Assembly: GCA_965204375.1 (NCBI GenBank)
Contig: OZ241986.1
Coordinates: 2,144,001-2,208,000 of the forward strand
DNA from: Candidatus Latescibacterota bacterium
GTDB lineage: Bacteria > Latescibacterota > UBA2968
Direction of reading: 5' to 3'
Length of the DNA: 64,000 nucleotides
Shown one piece after another: positions 18,431 through 27,169 of the stretch. The notes under the pieces are model-generated. The model was given only the letters and a program-made list of their open reading frames with translations. It was not told where the DNA came from and did no database searches. Numbering within the stretch: the stretch's first letter is position 1; the number at the start of each line of letters is the position of its first letter. The position numbers and the translations under genes are program-made.

Positions 18431-19392
18431 CTACCCACCTTCACCACATGCCCCTGATCCCAATCCTGGATCAACGGCTCCAGATCATCCCAAAACGCTT
18501 CGGGAATTTCAATACGACCAGCTTCGGCATTTTGAATGGTCTCCGCCTTGTTTCGCCCCCCGCAAATCGCCGTTGCAATCAACGGATGCCTCGTACACCA
18601 CTGCAGCGATGCAGCCACCAGTGGAATGCCATAATCGTCGCAAAGCGCTTTTATCCTCCCAACGCGATCCAAAACCGCCTGACTAAAATTGCGATTCACA
18701 TAAGAATGCCCGGGCACGGGTCCCGTCGCCAACAAACCGCGTTCCAGAGGTGTTGCGAGCGCAATCCCCACATTGTGTTTTTCAGCACCGGGAAAAATGA
18801 ACGTATCCGCCGCGCGGTTCAACAAACTCCACGCATCGGGAACCACCGAAGCATCAAACTCGCCCGTATCAATATAGGGACCATTGGAATCGGGATCATT
18901 CGCCGCAATGCCAACAAAACGCACCACACCCTCATCCTGCAATTTTCGCAACGCCCCAAGCGCGCCATCTTCTGCCATCACCTGCTGCATGGGAAAATCC
19001 ATCGGGTCGTGAATGTACAACACGTCAAACGCATCCAGACCCAACCGCTCCTGGCTGTCTTCAACCTGCTGCATCACCCCGTCAAAAGAGAAATCGTATT
19101 CATTTCCCGATCTCCCCACTTTTGTCGTCACCGTACATTTTTCAGCCAGGTCGGGGCGTTCACGCAACGCGCGACCAATAATTTTCTCACTCGCGGTATT
19201 CCCGTAAAGCGGCGCTGTATCGACCAGCGTACACCCGGCCTCAATAGCAGCCACCACATTCTCTACACCCACATCTTCATCGACGCCCGGCAAAAAATGA
19301 CCATCTGCCCCCATCACACGAGCGAGAAATGCCGTGCCAAAACTTACGATTGGAACCTCCAACCCCGTTCTGCCCAATATCTTACTCTGCAT
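18418..19392 (-). CDS. Aldo/keto reductase
   Basis: LGRTGL.V, DTAPLYG..SE..IG, TKVG, LYIHDP, PLERGLL. Confidence 0.92.
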   Translation of the reverse strand: MQSKILGRTGLEVPIVSFGTAFLARVMGADGHFLPGVDEDVGVENVVAAIEAGCTLVDTAPLYGNTASEKIIGRALRERPDLAEKCTVTTKVGRSGNEYDFSFDGVMQQVEDSQERLGLDAFDVLYIHDPMDFPMQQVMAEDGALGALRKLQDEGVVRFVGIAANDPDSNGPYIDTGEFDASVVPDAWSLLNRAADTFIFPGAEKHNVGIALATPLERGLLATGPVPGHSYVNRNFSQAVLDRVGRIKALCDDYGIPLVAASLQWCTRHPLIATAICGGRNKAETIQNAEAGRIEIPEAFWDDLEPLIQDWDQGHVVKVGRIRR

Positions 19393-19508
19393 CGCAATCT
19401 CCTCCTGAAAAAGCCTCTCGCATAATAGACGACAGAACCCCGCGTGTCAATGCGAAAAAATTCCCTGCTCTGTGTCGGAAATTAAAAATGATAAAAACAA
19501 AAATACTC

Positions 19509-19538
19509 TTGACAGTCTATATCAATTTCTGTTATACG
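19509..19538 (+). promoter_or_regulatory. Candidate sigma70 promoter of the DUF4926 gene
   Basis: TTGACA-N18-TATACG with TG extension. Confidence 0.45.
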
Positions 19539-19605
19539 TCATGTGTGGAGAGTGCGCCCAAACTATCCCAGGTTTATTACAGCGCACCCGCGCAGGAGGT
19601 AAGAG

Positions 19606-19848
19606 ATGTTCAAAGAACATGAACAAATCGTGCTCACTGCCGATGTAGTCGGCGATGAAGGAGAAGAACTGAAATCGGATGACGTAGGTACCATAATCCA
19701 CATCCACCCGAATGAAGAAGCCCTTGTAGTGGAGTTCATGTCCCTCAATGGCGACACAGTGGCCATCGCGACAGTGTTGCCATCACAAGCGCGTCTCGTG
19801 ACCAACGCGGACCTCACACATGCCAGAACAGTTCCGGCTACCGTCTGA
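19606..19848 (+). CDS. DUF4926 domain small protein
   Basis: KEHEQIVLT.D.....LK..DVGTIIHIH....A..VEF....G.T.A; RBS AGGAGG. Confidence 0.8.
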   Translation: MFKEHEQIVLTADVVGDEGEELKSDDVGTIIHIHPNEEALVVEFMSLNGDTVAIATVLPSQARLVTNADLTHARTVPATV

Positions 19849-19871
19849 CCTACCCTTGTATCAATTTCGAG

Positions 19872-20120
19872 GGCGTAATGGGGCGTAATAGGAGCGCAAT
19901 GGAGGCGCAATGGGGGCGCAATTGAATAAAAAAATCAACGAGTCCAACGGACCGCAGCAAACGATACGTGTTTAATGATAGATAGTCAACTCGGGAGCTA
20001 TGACAAGCTGTGACAAGCTATGACAGAGCATCACAGAATTGGAGCGTAATGGGGAGCAATAGAAACGCCTGTGAGACTGCGGTTGGCTTATTCTGGCTTA
20101 TTCTGGCCTATTCTGGCTTA
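19872..20120. repeat. Cluster of degenerate 10-11-bp tandem repeats
   Basis: (ggcgtaatgg/ggcgcaatgg) about x5; gctatgacaa x3; ggcttattct x3.5. Confidence 0.75.
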
Positions 20121-20170
20121 AAGTCATCACAGAATCGCGGGAAAATAGTAGGTTGATGGGCAAAAAATGA

Positions 20171-20228
20171 CCCCCCCGACTACTCCGTAATGGAGAGTGC
20201 TCGCCTGGAGCACTTGTCATCGGGGGGG
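20171..20228. other. Three-stem structured element (terminator or small structured RNA candidate)
   Basis: cccccccga/tcggggggg closing two hairpins, ctcc-gtaat-ggag and agtgctc-gcctg-gagcact; flanked by A- and T-runs between convergent genes. Confidence 0.45.
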
Positions 20229-20272
20229 AACCTTTTATTATTGGGCTGGATGAACCATAGCGAAACAAATAC

Positions 20273-21019
20273 CTAAACCGCCATCGCCTCTTCTTTGAGA
20301 TCTGTCAACCCTTCAAACTCGCGCCAGATATCGGCCATAGCATCCGTGCTATTTTCTCTGGCATTGACGTGTCGGGGTCTGAAAATCACGGCATAACGGA
20401 TATCGGGCGAATGATTTGGTCCGCCATTGTGATACATCTGGTGATGGCAGATCACCGCATCGCCCGCTTCGCCCATAAACTGAATCGGCCCATGCGGCAA
20501 ATCGATATTGGGAATTCGGCGATTGGCCTTTGCCGTCTCCACATAATTGGGATCCTTTTGAAATGCCGCCTCATAAGCGCGATGCGATCCGGGCCAAAAA
20601 CAGAAATTGCCCATATATGGTCGCGGAACATCGTGGACCAGAACCACCACCAGCAGCGTCATACCGCGACTCAGCAACCCATTCTTCAACTTCCCACCCA
20701 AATCCAGATGCCCTCGCGTCAGCGGACGCTCCTCTACATCGGGAAAATTGAGCTTCACATTGCCTCCCTGTTGTGGGATCAACTTCCCCTCTCCCACAAC
20801 TGACTCGCACAGACCCCAAAGCGGCGATTTATTAAACAAATCTGTAATCACCGGCTCATTGCTCAACCCCGGATTTCGTCCCTGTGCCATCACGCGATAA
20901 CGCATGTGTCTATTAATGGCCTTGCGCGCCTGATCGGCCATCAACTTTGGCACAGCACCACGCACAAGCACATATCCTTCTTCGAAAAACTGCTGCTTTT
21001 GAGCTTTGGTCATCTGCAT
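20273..21019 (-). CDS. PhyH family Fe(II)/2OG dioxygenase
   Basis: QFFEEGY, GHLD (HxD), WPGSH, AGD..CH..MYH, R. Confidence 0.88.
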   Translation of the reverse strand: MQMTKAQKQQFFEEGYVLVRGAVPKLMADQARKAINRHMRYRVMAQGRNPGLSNEPVITDLFNKSPLWGLCESVVGEGKLIPQQGGNVKLNFPDVEERPLTRGHLDLGGKLKNGLLSRGMTLLVVVLVHDVPRPYMGNFCFWPGSHRAYEAAFQKDPNYVETAKANRRIPNIDLPHGPIQFMGEAGDAVICHHQMYHNGGPNHSPDIRYAVIFRPRHVNARENSTDAMADIWREFEGLTDLKEEAMAV

Positions 21020-21076
21020 GGGAATCTCCTTTCAGTTAGCAGTTGTCGTTCCCAACTACCAGTCCCACCCAGCCCC

Positions 21077-22045
21077 CTATTCATAATCCAACACAACCTT
21101 AATCGCCTCGTCGCGATGATCGATAAACAATTCAAAACCCTTTTGCACCTCTGTAAACGGCAAATGGTGTGTGATAATCGGCGAAACATCAATGCGTCCC
21201 TGTGCGATCATATCCATAGCCAGGGGATAATCATTCAGCGAATCTGGCCCCACAGAGCCGATCAGCGTCACATTCTTACTGAAAAAAGCGCGATAATTAA
21301 ACGCGTACACATCGTCATCGGGCACGCCAAACGCCAGGACCGTACCCAGACGTTTGGTTAAATTCAGGCACAAATTGACCGTATCCTGATTGTGCCCCAC
21401 AATTTCCACCGTCAGATCGGCCATGCGCCCATCTGTAATATCTCTAACAACAGCCACCACATCTTCCCTATCGGGATTCACCACATGGGTTGCCCGCATC
21501 TTTTTTGCCGCTTCGAGACGAAAATCGACCGTATCCACAGCAACCACGGTCTTCGCCCCCAAATTGCTCAGCAAATGCGTCATCAACAACCCCATGGGAC
21601 CCTGCCCCACCACCACGGCATCCCAATTGAGAATATTGCCCAATTTGCGACACGCCCAAATCACCGTCCCCAGAGGCTGTGACATCAACAATTCATCAAG
21701 GGGTTTATAGTCCGCGAGATGCACCCCCACTTTTTCGCTCGAAATATAATACTCAGCCAACCCACCAATACCTGCCGTGGGGCGCGCCTGCACAAAATCC
21801 CCCGGTTGAAACCGATCCGACGACGACGCAACCACCGTTCCAATACACTCGTGAATGGAAGTCCCGATATTCATCGGATACACCGCGTCCGGTTGTTTCA
21901 ATACAAACTTTGGCGAATCCGACCCACAAATCGCGGTCATATGCGCCTTAACCTTTATCGATCCTCCTGGAAAATCCTCAATATTCGGCTCATCGGCCTC
22001 AAACATCTCAATCTGCCGATGAGCGACAACATGTGCTGCTTTCAC
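21077..22045 (-). CDS. Medium-chain (zinc-binding) alcohol dehydrogenase family
   Basis: AICGSD, HECIG, GQGPMG, IITH...KVV; GTG start 22045 after RBS AAGGAGG. Confidence 0.88.
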   Translation of the reverse strand: MKAAHVVAHRQIEMFEADEPNIEDFPGGSIKVKAHMTAICGSDSPKFVLKQPDAVYPMNIGTSIHECIGTVVASSSDRFQPGDFVQARPTAGIGGLAEYYISSEKVGVHLADYKPLDELLMSQPLGTVIWACRKLGNILNWDAVVVGQGPMGLLMTHLLSNLGAKTVVAVDTVDFRLEAAKKMRATHVVNPDREDVVAVVRDITDGRMADLTVEIVGHNQDTVNLCLNLTKRLGTVLAFGVPDDDVYAFNYRAFFSKNVTLIGSVGPDSLNDYPLAMDMIAQGRIDVSPIITHHLPFTEVQKGFELFIDHRDEAIKVVLDYE

Positions 22046-22062
22046 CAATTCCTCCTTCCAAA

Positions 22063-22182
22063 AGAAGTAAGAAGTGAGAAGACCCCGCCCAACCACCCAA
22101 AGGCTGGTGCTCCATCGCACACTTCCTCCTTCACACTTCCTCCTTCACACTTCCTCCTTCACACTTCCTCCTTCACACTTCC
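22063..22182. repeat. Composite element: agaagtR arm + conserved core + (cacacttcctcctt) x4.6
   Basis: Tandem 14-mer at 22118-22182; core cccgcccaaccacccaaag at 22084-22102. Confidence 0.85.
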
Positions 22183-23943
22183 CTAATCCGCCGCCTCAAT
22201 CCGCGGGGCCTTCAACTCACTGCGCTTTCCCAACCATATAAACACACCGCCAACGCCCAGCACAAAACCGCCCACAAACAAGATTCCCAGACGTCCGATC
22301 AGTGGATTGGGCAACAAAACGAGCATACAAATCACCCCACCAATAACCGCAGCAAAACTACCGATAATTTTGAGCTGACGCAAATCATTTGGTATGCCGA
22401 TCTCTTTCTCAAAATCAACCGGTGTCAACATCCGATCAAAAAATTCCTGCGCCTGCCTCTTATACAATTCCGGTGTGCGATTCCAGAACGGCATCGTCAA
22501 CAAATAAACCACTATCCCCACGGCGAGATTGGTAAACACCTTCTGCTGAAATGACCAGGTCTCGCCAAAGAGTTCCGCGCTAAAAAACCCGATTGCAGAT
22601 GGAATCAACGTCACGCACACCGTCACAATAGCCGCCCAACTCGGCGACGTGCGAATAAACAGCCCCATCAACGCAGGCACAGCCATCGGCAGCGCCAACA
22701 ACGCACCGATATTCAACATATGTTCAAACACCCCTCTGCCCTCTGTATTCGCAAAATACGTGGCAATACTCACAATACACACCCCAAACACCGCTGAAAA
22801 CACCTGCCCCAACCGCATCAGGCTTTTGCCCTGCATAGCCGCTCTCCCAAACAAACGGCACAGCGTCGGATAAATATCATTCGTAAAAATCGCCGCATTG
22901 CGATTCAACCCCGAATCCATCGAACTCATCGTCGCCGCAAACATCGCCACCACCATCAGCCCCGTCATACCCAGCGGCAACACATTCAAACTCGCAATCG
23001 CATACGCAGCTTCCGCAGCCTTGGGAATATCGACCGCCATCACCTCGGCGTGAAACAAAAGCCGCGCAGTCATCGGCGGAATAAACCAGATAAAAGCACC
23101 CGCCGTCATCAGCACAAAGCCCAGCCACGCCGCCTTTTGCGCCTCGCGTCCATCCTTCACCAGAAAATACCGCTGTGCCGACGTAAGCGTATTATAACCA
23201 ATCACATTCTTCAGCAGCATCGCGATAGCCCACGCATACGTATAAGCCCGCAACGGAAATTGGTCAGGTGCATTAAACACACCATAAGCCGACGACAACC
23301 CCATATTCTGAATCCCTTGAAACAAAGCACCCACGCCACCGAGTTTCACCAGACACAACACACCCACCAGAATAGTAATGGGAATGAGGATAAGCGTCTG
23401 CAGAAAATCCGTAGCCGTCACCGCCCAACTGCCGCCGATCAGCGAATAGACCAACACAACCGCGCCCACCACCACGATCACCTGCTCAATTTTATATCCA
23501 AACACCGCCGAGCAGAAAATCGCCAACCCCAGAAGATGCAGCGACGAATACAGAGTTTGCATCACAAACGACATCCACGCGTAAAATTGTTGCGTCGAAA
23601 TGCCAAAGCGCAGGCGGATAACCTCTGGCCCCGTAATAGCCCGGATCTGCCGAAACCATTTGGCGAGAAACAAACCGTTGATTGCAAAACCCACTGAATT
23701 TGCCAGATAAATCACCAGCACACTCCAGCCAGCTTCATAAGCCGCACCCGCCGCACCCGAAAAAGTCCACGCACTAAACGCCGTCATAAACGCACTCGAC
23801 CCCACCAGCCACCAGGTGCCCTTGCAACCGTTTCGAAAATAATCACTCACATTTTCATTAAAACGGCGAAACACCATCCCCACCCCAACCAGCACGGCCA
23901 AATAACATCCGATCACAACGTACTCAACCGATGCTTCACTCAT
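22183..23943 (-). CDS. Sodium:solute symporter (SSS) family transporter
   Basis: DYFR.G...WW..G.S.F...FS..TF.G.AG, GG..AV..TDF.Q, AATMSSMDSGLN; many TM helices. Confidence 0.92.
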   Translation of the reverse strand: MSEASVEYVVIGCYLAVLVGVGMVFRRFNENVSDYFRNGCKGTWWLVGSSAFMTAFSAWTFSGAAGAAYEAGWSVLVIYLANSVGFAINGLFLAKWFRQIRAITGPEVIRLRFGISTQQFYAWMSFVMQTLYSSLHLLGLAIFCSAVFGYKIEQVIVVVGAVVLVYSLIGGSWAVTATDFLQTLILIPITILVGVLCLVKLGGVGALFQGIQNMGLSSAYGVFNAPDQFPLRAYTYAWAIAMLLKNVIGYNTLTSAQRYFLVKDGREAQKAAWLGFVLMTAGAFIWFIPPMTARLLFHAEVMAVDIPKAAEAAYAIASLNVLPLGMTGLMVVAMFAATMSSMDSGLNRNAAIFTNDIYPTLCRLFGRAAMQGKSLMRLGQVFSAVFGVCIVSIATYFANTEGRGVFEHMLNIGALLALPMAVPALMGLFIRTSPSWAAIVTVCVTLIPSAIGFFSAELFGETWSFQQKVFTNLAVGIVVYLLTMPFWNRTPELYKRQAQEFFDRMLTPVDFEKEIGIPNDLRQLKIIGSFAAVIGGVICMLVLLPNPLIGRLGILFVGGFVLGVGGVFIWLGKRSELKAPRIEAAD

Positions 23944-24076
23944 AGAACGTTCTCCGATTAGTCAGTCCACCCAACCCCCAACCGTCTTTGCTTCACACTT
24001 CACCATGGTATTCGCGGCAGGGATTCCGCTCCTACGGGTTAATTTCACACTTCACACTTCCTACTTCACACTTCTC

Positions 24077-26053
24077 TCACCAGTGATGCACAAGGTGCCC
24101 TTGCCCAAAGAAAAACAACACATCCACAATAAAAATCAACCCAATACCCAGAACATAACCGAGCATCAGCCCCATAAACAAAGGCAGAGATTGGCGATAA
24201 AGTCCAATACCGCCAATCTTCAACAAAACGGACTTGACTGACCACGCCACAAAAACCGTAAACACCTGCCGCTGCAAAATACCCGTTGTAAACACCGTCA
24301 ATCCAATGGGACTCAACGGCCACCGCAAAAACCGGTAGCGCAAAAAACTACACAAAACGGTGAGACCCGCGCCAATACCAAAAAACATCAGCCTGTCCAG
24401 ACTGATGCCAAAGGGATTTTGCAATTTCTTCACCACATTGCTAAAAATCACCACATTCCCGGAATTAAACGTATAAACATTAAAATTATATGCGCCATAC
24501 ATATACCCCAGATACAGCGTGAACACCGCCGAAATAACCATCGACACCACCAGAGCGCACATCGTTGTCCAGAACAGCGAGCGGGTCTTAAGCCTGAGCC
24601 TCGCGCCCATCTGCGCGATATGTGCCAGCGTAGAAGCACCAAAAGTATTGCCCAGGCCAAACGTCGAATAAGACAGCGCCAGAGACGCGGCACTATTGGT
24701 ATCCATCTGCCGAATACCAATCGTATAAAACGTAAAACTCTGAGGCGTAATAGGCATCCGCGCATAAGCCAAACCCGACTCGGCCACAAACCGCGTTACC
24801 CCCACCGTCATCAAAATCAGCGCAAAGAGAAAAACGCCAGACACGAGCGCGGACATACCCGAATGCCACAACCAGAAAAACAGAAAAGCCGCCCCCACAA
24901 TAATACCCCACACCGCCGCCCGATAAGACAACAACTCATTCGAATCATCCACAGCAGAATCGCCGCGCATCGCCTTGCGCCATACATCCCGCAAATGCGC
25001 GCGCGCCATCCACATACTCAACGCCGTAAAAGCAAAAAAAGCCCCCATCGCCTGCCAGCCCAATGCCGCACCGCCACGGGAGCCCCAGATATCCGACGCA
25101 CCAATAGAATATCCCAGACGGTCAAAAACACCGGTTTGCACAATACCCAGCGCGTAAAAAAACCACAAACTGAACAACACATCGAGATTGGTAAAAAACG
25201 CGAACCCCAGCACAAAAAAATTCAATTTGATCGTAACGCTCGGAAACCCGCGCCCAAGTGGCAAAGCCCATCTATCCATCAACGGAATAGGCGGAAAAGT
25301 ATGCCAAAAATAACCCACGATATTCCACACCACCACAACCACTGGAATTGTCAGCCCAACCCAGAACAAGCGAGAATGCAGAAGCCTGTATTTTCCTGCC
25401 TCGACCTCGTCCAGCATCGTCAGCGGTGCTTCGGCTAAGGGAAAAGGCAGGCGTTCTCGATCCACCCACTGTCGCCGCAACACAGCCATCAGAGCCACGC
25501 TCACCAGCGCCAGTGCAATGAGAAAAACACCCCACCACACAAGCGGCGTCATCCACGCATCCCAGGGAATATTAACGCCAGGAGGCTTGCCCTCAAAAAA
25601 ATACGTCATCTGCCTGGCGTGATTGGGCGGCGCAGCCCACTTAGGCAACCCATCCAGCAAATAATCGCCCCACTGATTCTCGGGCGAGGCATAATAATAC
25701 GGCGCGGCAATCCCCCCGATAAACAAACCCATAAAATTCGCCGCTGGCACAGCCCCTGCAATCCAACCCATCGAAAAAACCACCACCATCTCGCCCCGCG
25801 ACAGCGCCCATTGCGGCTTTACCCGCGCCATCAGAACATTCAACGGCCACGCCAGCACCGTGAAAACCACCATAGTCGCCATCGGCAAATGGGCAAAAAC
25901 CATACGCGACGAATGCACGATATAGGCCGAATAAGCGGGCAACAAATTCACCAGAAACGTCACCGCAATCCCCACGCAAAAGGCGCGTGTGGTCACGCTC
26001 AGATGTTTGCTCTCCGGGTGTAAATCCCGATCCATCGCTTTCAATTCGGCCAT
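24077..26053 (-). CDS. DUF6785/DUF6784-type polytopic membrane protein (putative transporter)
   Basis: TRAF..G, YYASPENQW, LRRQWVDRERLPFPL, RF..WPL.PIG, GG..LYR...PLF.G. Confidence 0.75.
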   Translation of the reverse strand: MAELKAMDRDLHPESKHLSVTTRAFCVGIAVTFLVNLLPAYSAYIVHSSRMVFAHLPMATMVVFTVLAWPLNVLMARVKPQWALSRGEMVVVFSMGWIAGAVPAANFMGLFIGGIAAPYYYASPENQWGDYLLDGLPKWAAPPNHARQMTYFFEGKPPGVNIPWDAWMTPLVWWGVFLIALALVSVALMAVLRRQWVDRERLPFPLAEAPLTMLDEVEAGKYRLLHSRLFWVGLTIPVVVVVWNIVGYFWHTFPPIPLMDRWALPLGRGFPSVTIKLNFFVLGFAFFTNLDVLFSLWFFYALGIVQTGVFDRLGYSIGASDIWGSRGGAALGWQAMGAFFAFTALSMWMARAHLRDVWRKAMRGDSAVDDSNELLSYRAAVWGIIVGAAFLFFWLWHSGMSALVSGVFLFALILMTVGVTRFVAESGLAYARMPITPQSFTFYTIGIRQMDTNSAASLALSYSTFGLGNTFGASTLAHIAQMGARLRLKTRSLFWTTMCALVVSMVISAVFTLYLGYMYGAYNFNVYTFNSGNVVIFSNVVKKLQNPFGISLDRLMFFGIGAGLTVLCSFLRYRFLRWPLSPIGLTVFTTGILQRQVFTVFVAWSVKSVLLKIGGIGLYRQSLPLFMGLMLGYVLGIGLIFIVDVLFFFGQGHLVHHW

Positions 26054-26160
26054 CGCAATCTCTCAAAAATGCAGGGGGAATGTCCCGCGCAATGTACCTC
26101 AAAAAAAAAGTGTGTACAAGGCATCCATCCCCTGCACACACCAAGATAACGCACAGGCAA

Positions 26161-26191
26161 TGTAGGGGTGGGTTTCAAACCCACCCCTACA
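26161..26191. repeat. REP-like perfect palindrome
   Basis: tgtaggggtgggttt-c-aaacccacccctaca with GTAG/CTAC ends typical of REP sequences. Confidence 0.75.
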
Positions 26192-26194
26192 AAT

Positions 26195-27157
26195 TCAAAA
26201 CGCCCCACTAACAGCAATGCGCAGCGGCGCATCGAAATACACGCCGCCATCGCTATACGACAGGTCCACGCGGATATCGCGCCCGCCCAAAGCGTACTTC
26301 AAGCCAGCGCCCAGACTGTAATCTTCCACGTCGTAATTGACCTTATACCCACCGCGCAAAGCGAGCATATTGGCAATCCACAACTCACCGCCAAAATTCC
26401 ACCGCTGACCGTAATCAGTAGCCATAATGGTCTCGGCCGCAAGCGTCAAATACGTCGGGTCGCCCTGTTCGCCATATACCTCACCTGCCAGCCCAAAATT
26501 GAAATTGATCGGCGGTGAATACTGCTCGGTCTCCACAGTAACATCAGCCCCCACATTGCGCGCGGCAGCGGCAATGCGCAAACTGCGATAGCCCGTATAT
26601 GCGGAAATGCCCAGATCAAACTGAAAGGTACTCGTCGTCTTGAGCACCAGATCTTCCTGAACCCACCGCGCCTGCACGCCCCACGACACTTTATCGGTCA
26701 TCTGACGCGCAAACATAAACCCAATGGCCGTATCGCCGCCCTGGATCATGCGCCCGGTACCTGTAGCCTGAAAAATCGTCGTTTCCTCCACCTCTTCGGG
26801 CACAAAGCTCACAATTGAAACGCCAAACGTATTGCCGCCCCATTTGTAAGCCAACGCCCCCGAATACAATCCCGAATTGACCAGCCAGCGCGTGTACGAC
26901 AGCGCGTACTCGCCGCCCGAAACAAATCCCAGTGCGCCGGGATTGTAAAAAGACGCATCAATACCGCCGTTCATCGCGACAAAGGCTTCGCCCATAGCCA
27001 CGGCACGGGGAGACGCGCCGATTTTGAGAAATGCCAGCGACGACTGCCCCTTCACCGGCAAAATCGTACCGTATTCGCCAAAATCTGACTGTGCAAAGGC
27101 CGGTCCTGTCATCAGCCCGACCACCAGCATCAGCACCAGTAATATTCGTTTGTTCAT
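26195..27157 (-). CDS. PorV/PorQ family outer-membrane beta-barrel (T9SS-associated)
   Basis: Signal peptide; AFLKIG.SPRA.AMGEAF, YNPGAL, ALRGGY; C-terminal F. Confidence 0.82.
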   Translation of the reverse strand: MNKRILLVLMLVVGLMTGPAFAQSDFGEYGTILPVKGQSSLAFLKIGASPRAVAMGEAFVAMNGGIDASFYNPGALGFVSGGEYALSYTRWLVNSGLYSGALAYKWGGNTFGVSIVSFVPEEVEETTIFQATGTGRMIQGGDTAIGFMFARQMTDKVSWGVQARWVQEDLVLKTTSTFQFDLGISAYTGYRSLRIAAAARNVGADVTVETEQYSPPINFNFGLAGEVYGEQGDPTYLTLAAETIMATDYGQRWNFGGELWIANMLALRGGYKVNYDVEDYSLGAGLKYALGGRDIRVDLSYSDGGVYFDAPLRIAVSGAF

Positions 27158-27169
27158 GTCTGGCTCCCC

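Noticed and set aside
20171-20228. tRNA or known riboswitch
   Set aside because: No TTCGA T-loop, no cloverleaf spacing or CCA; lies between convergent genes, not in a 5' leader
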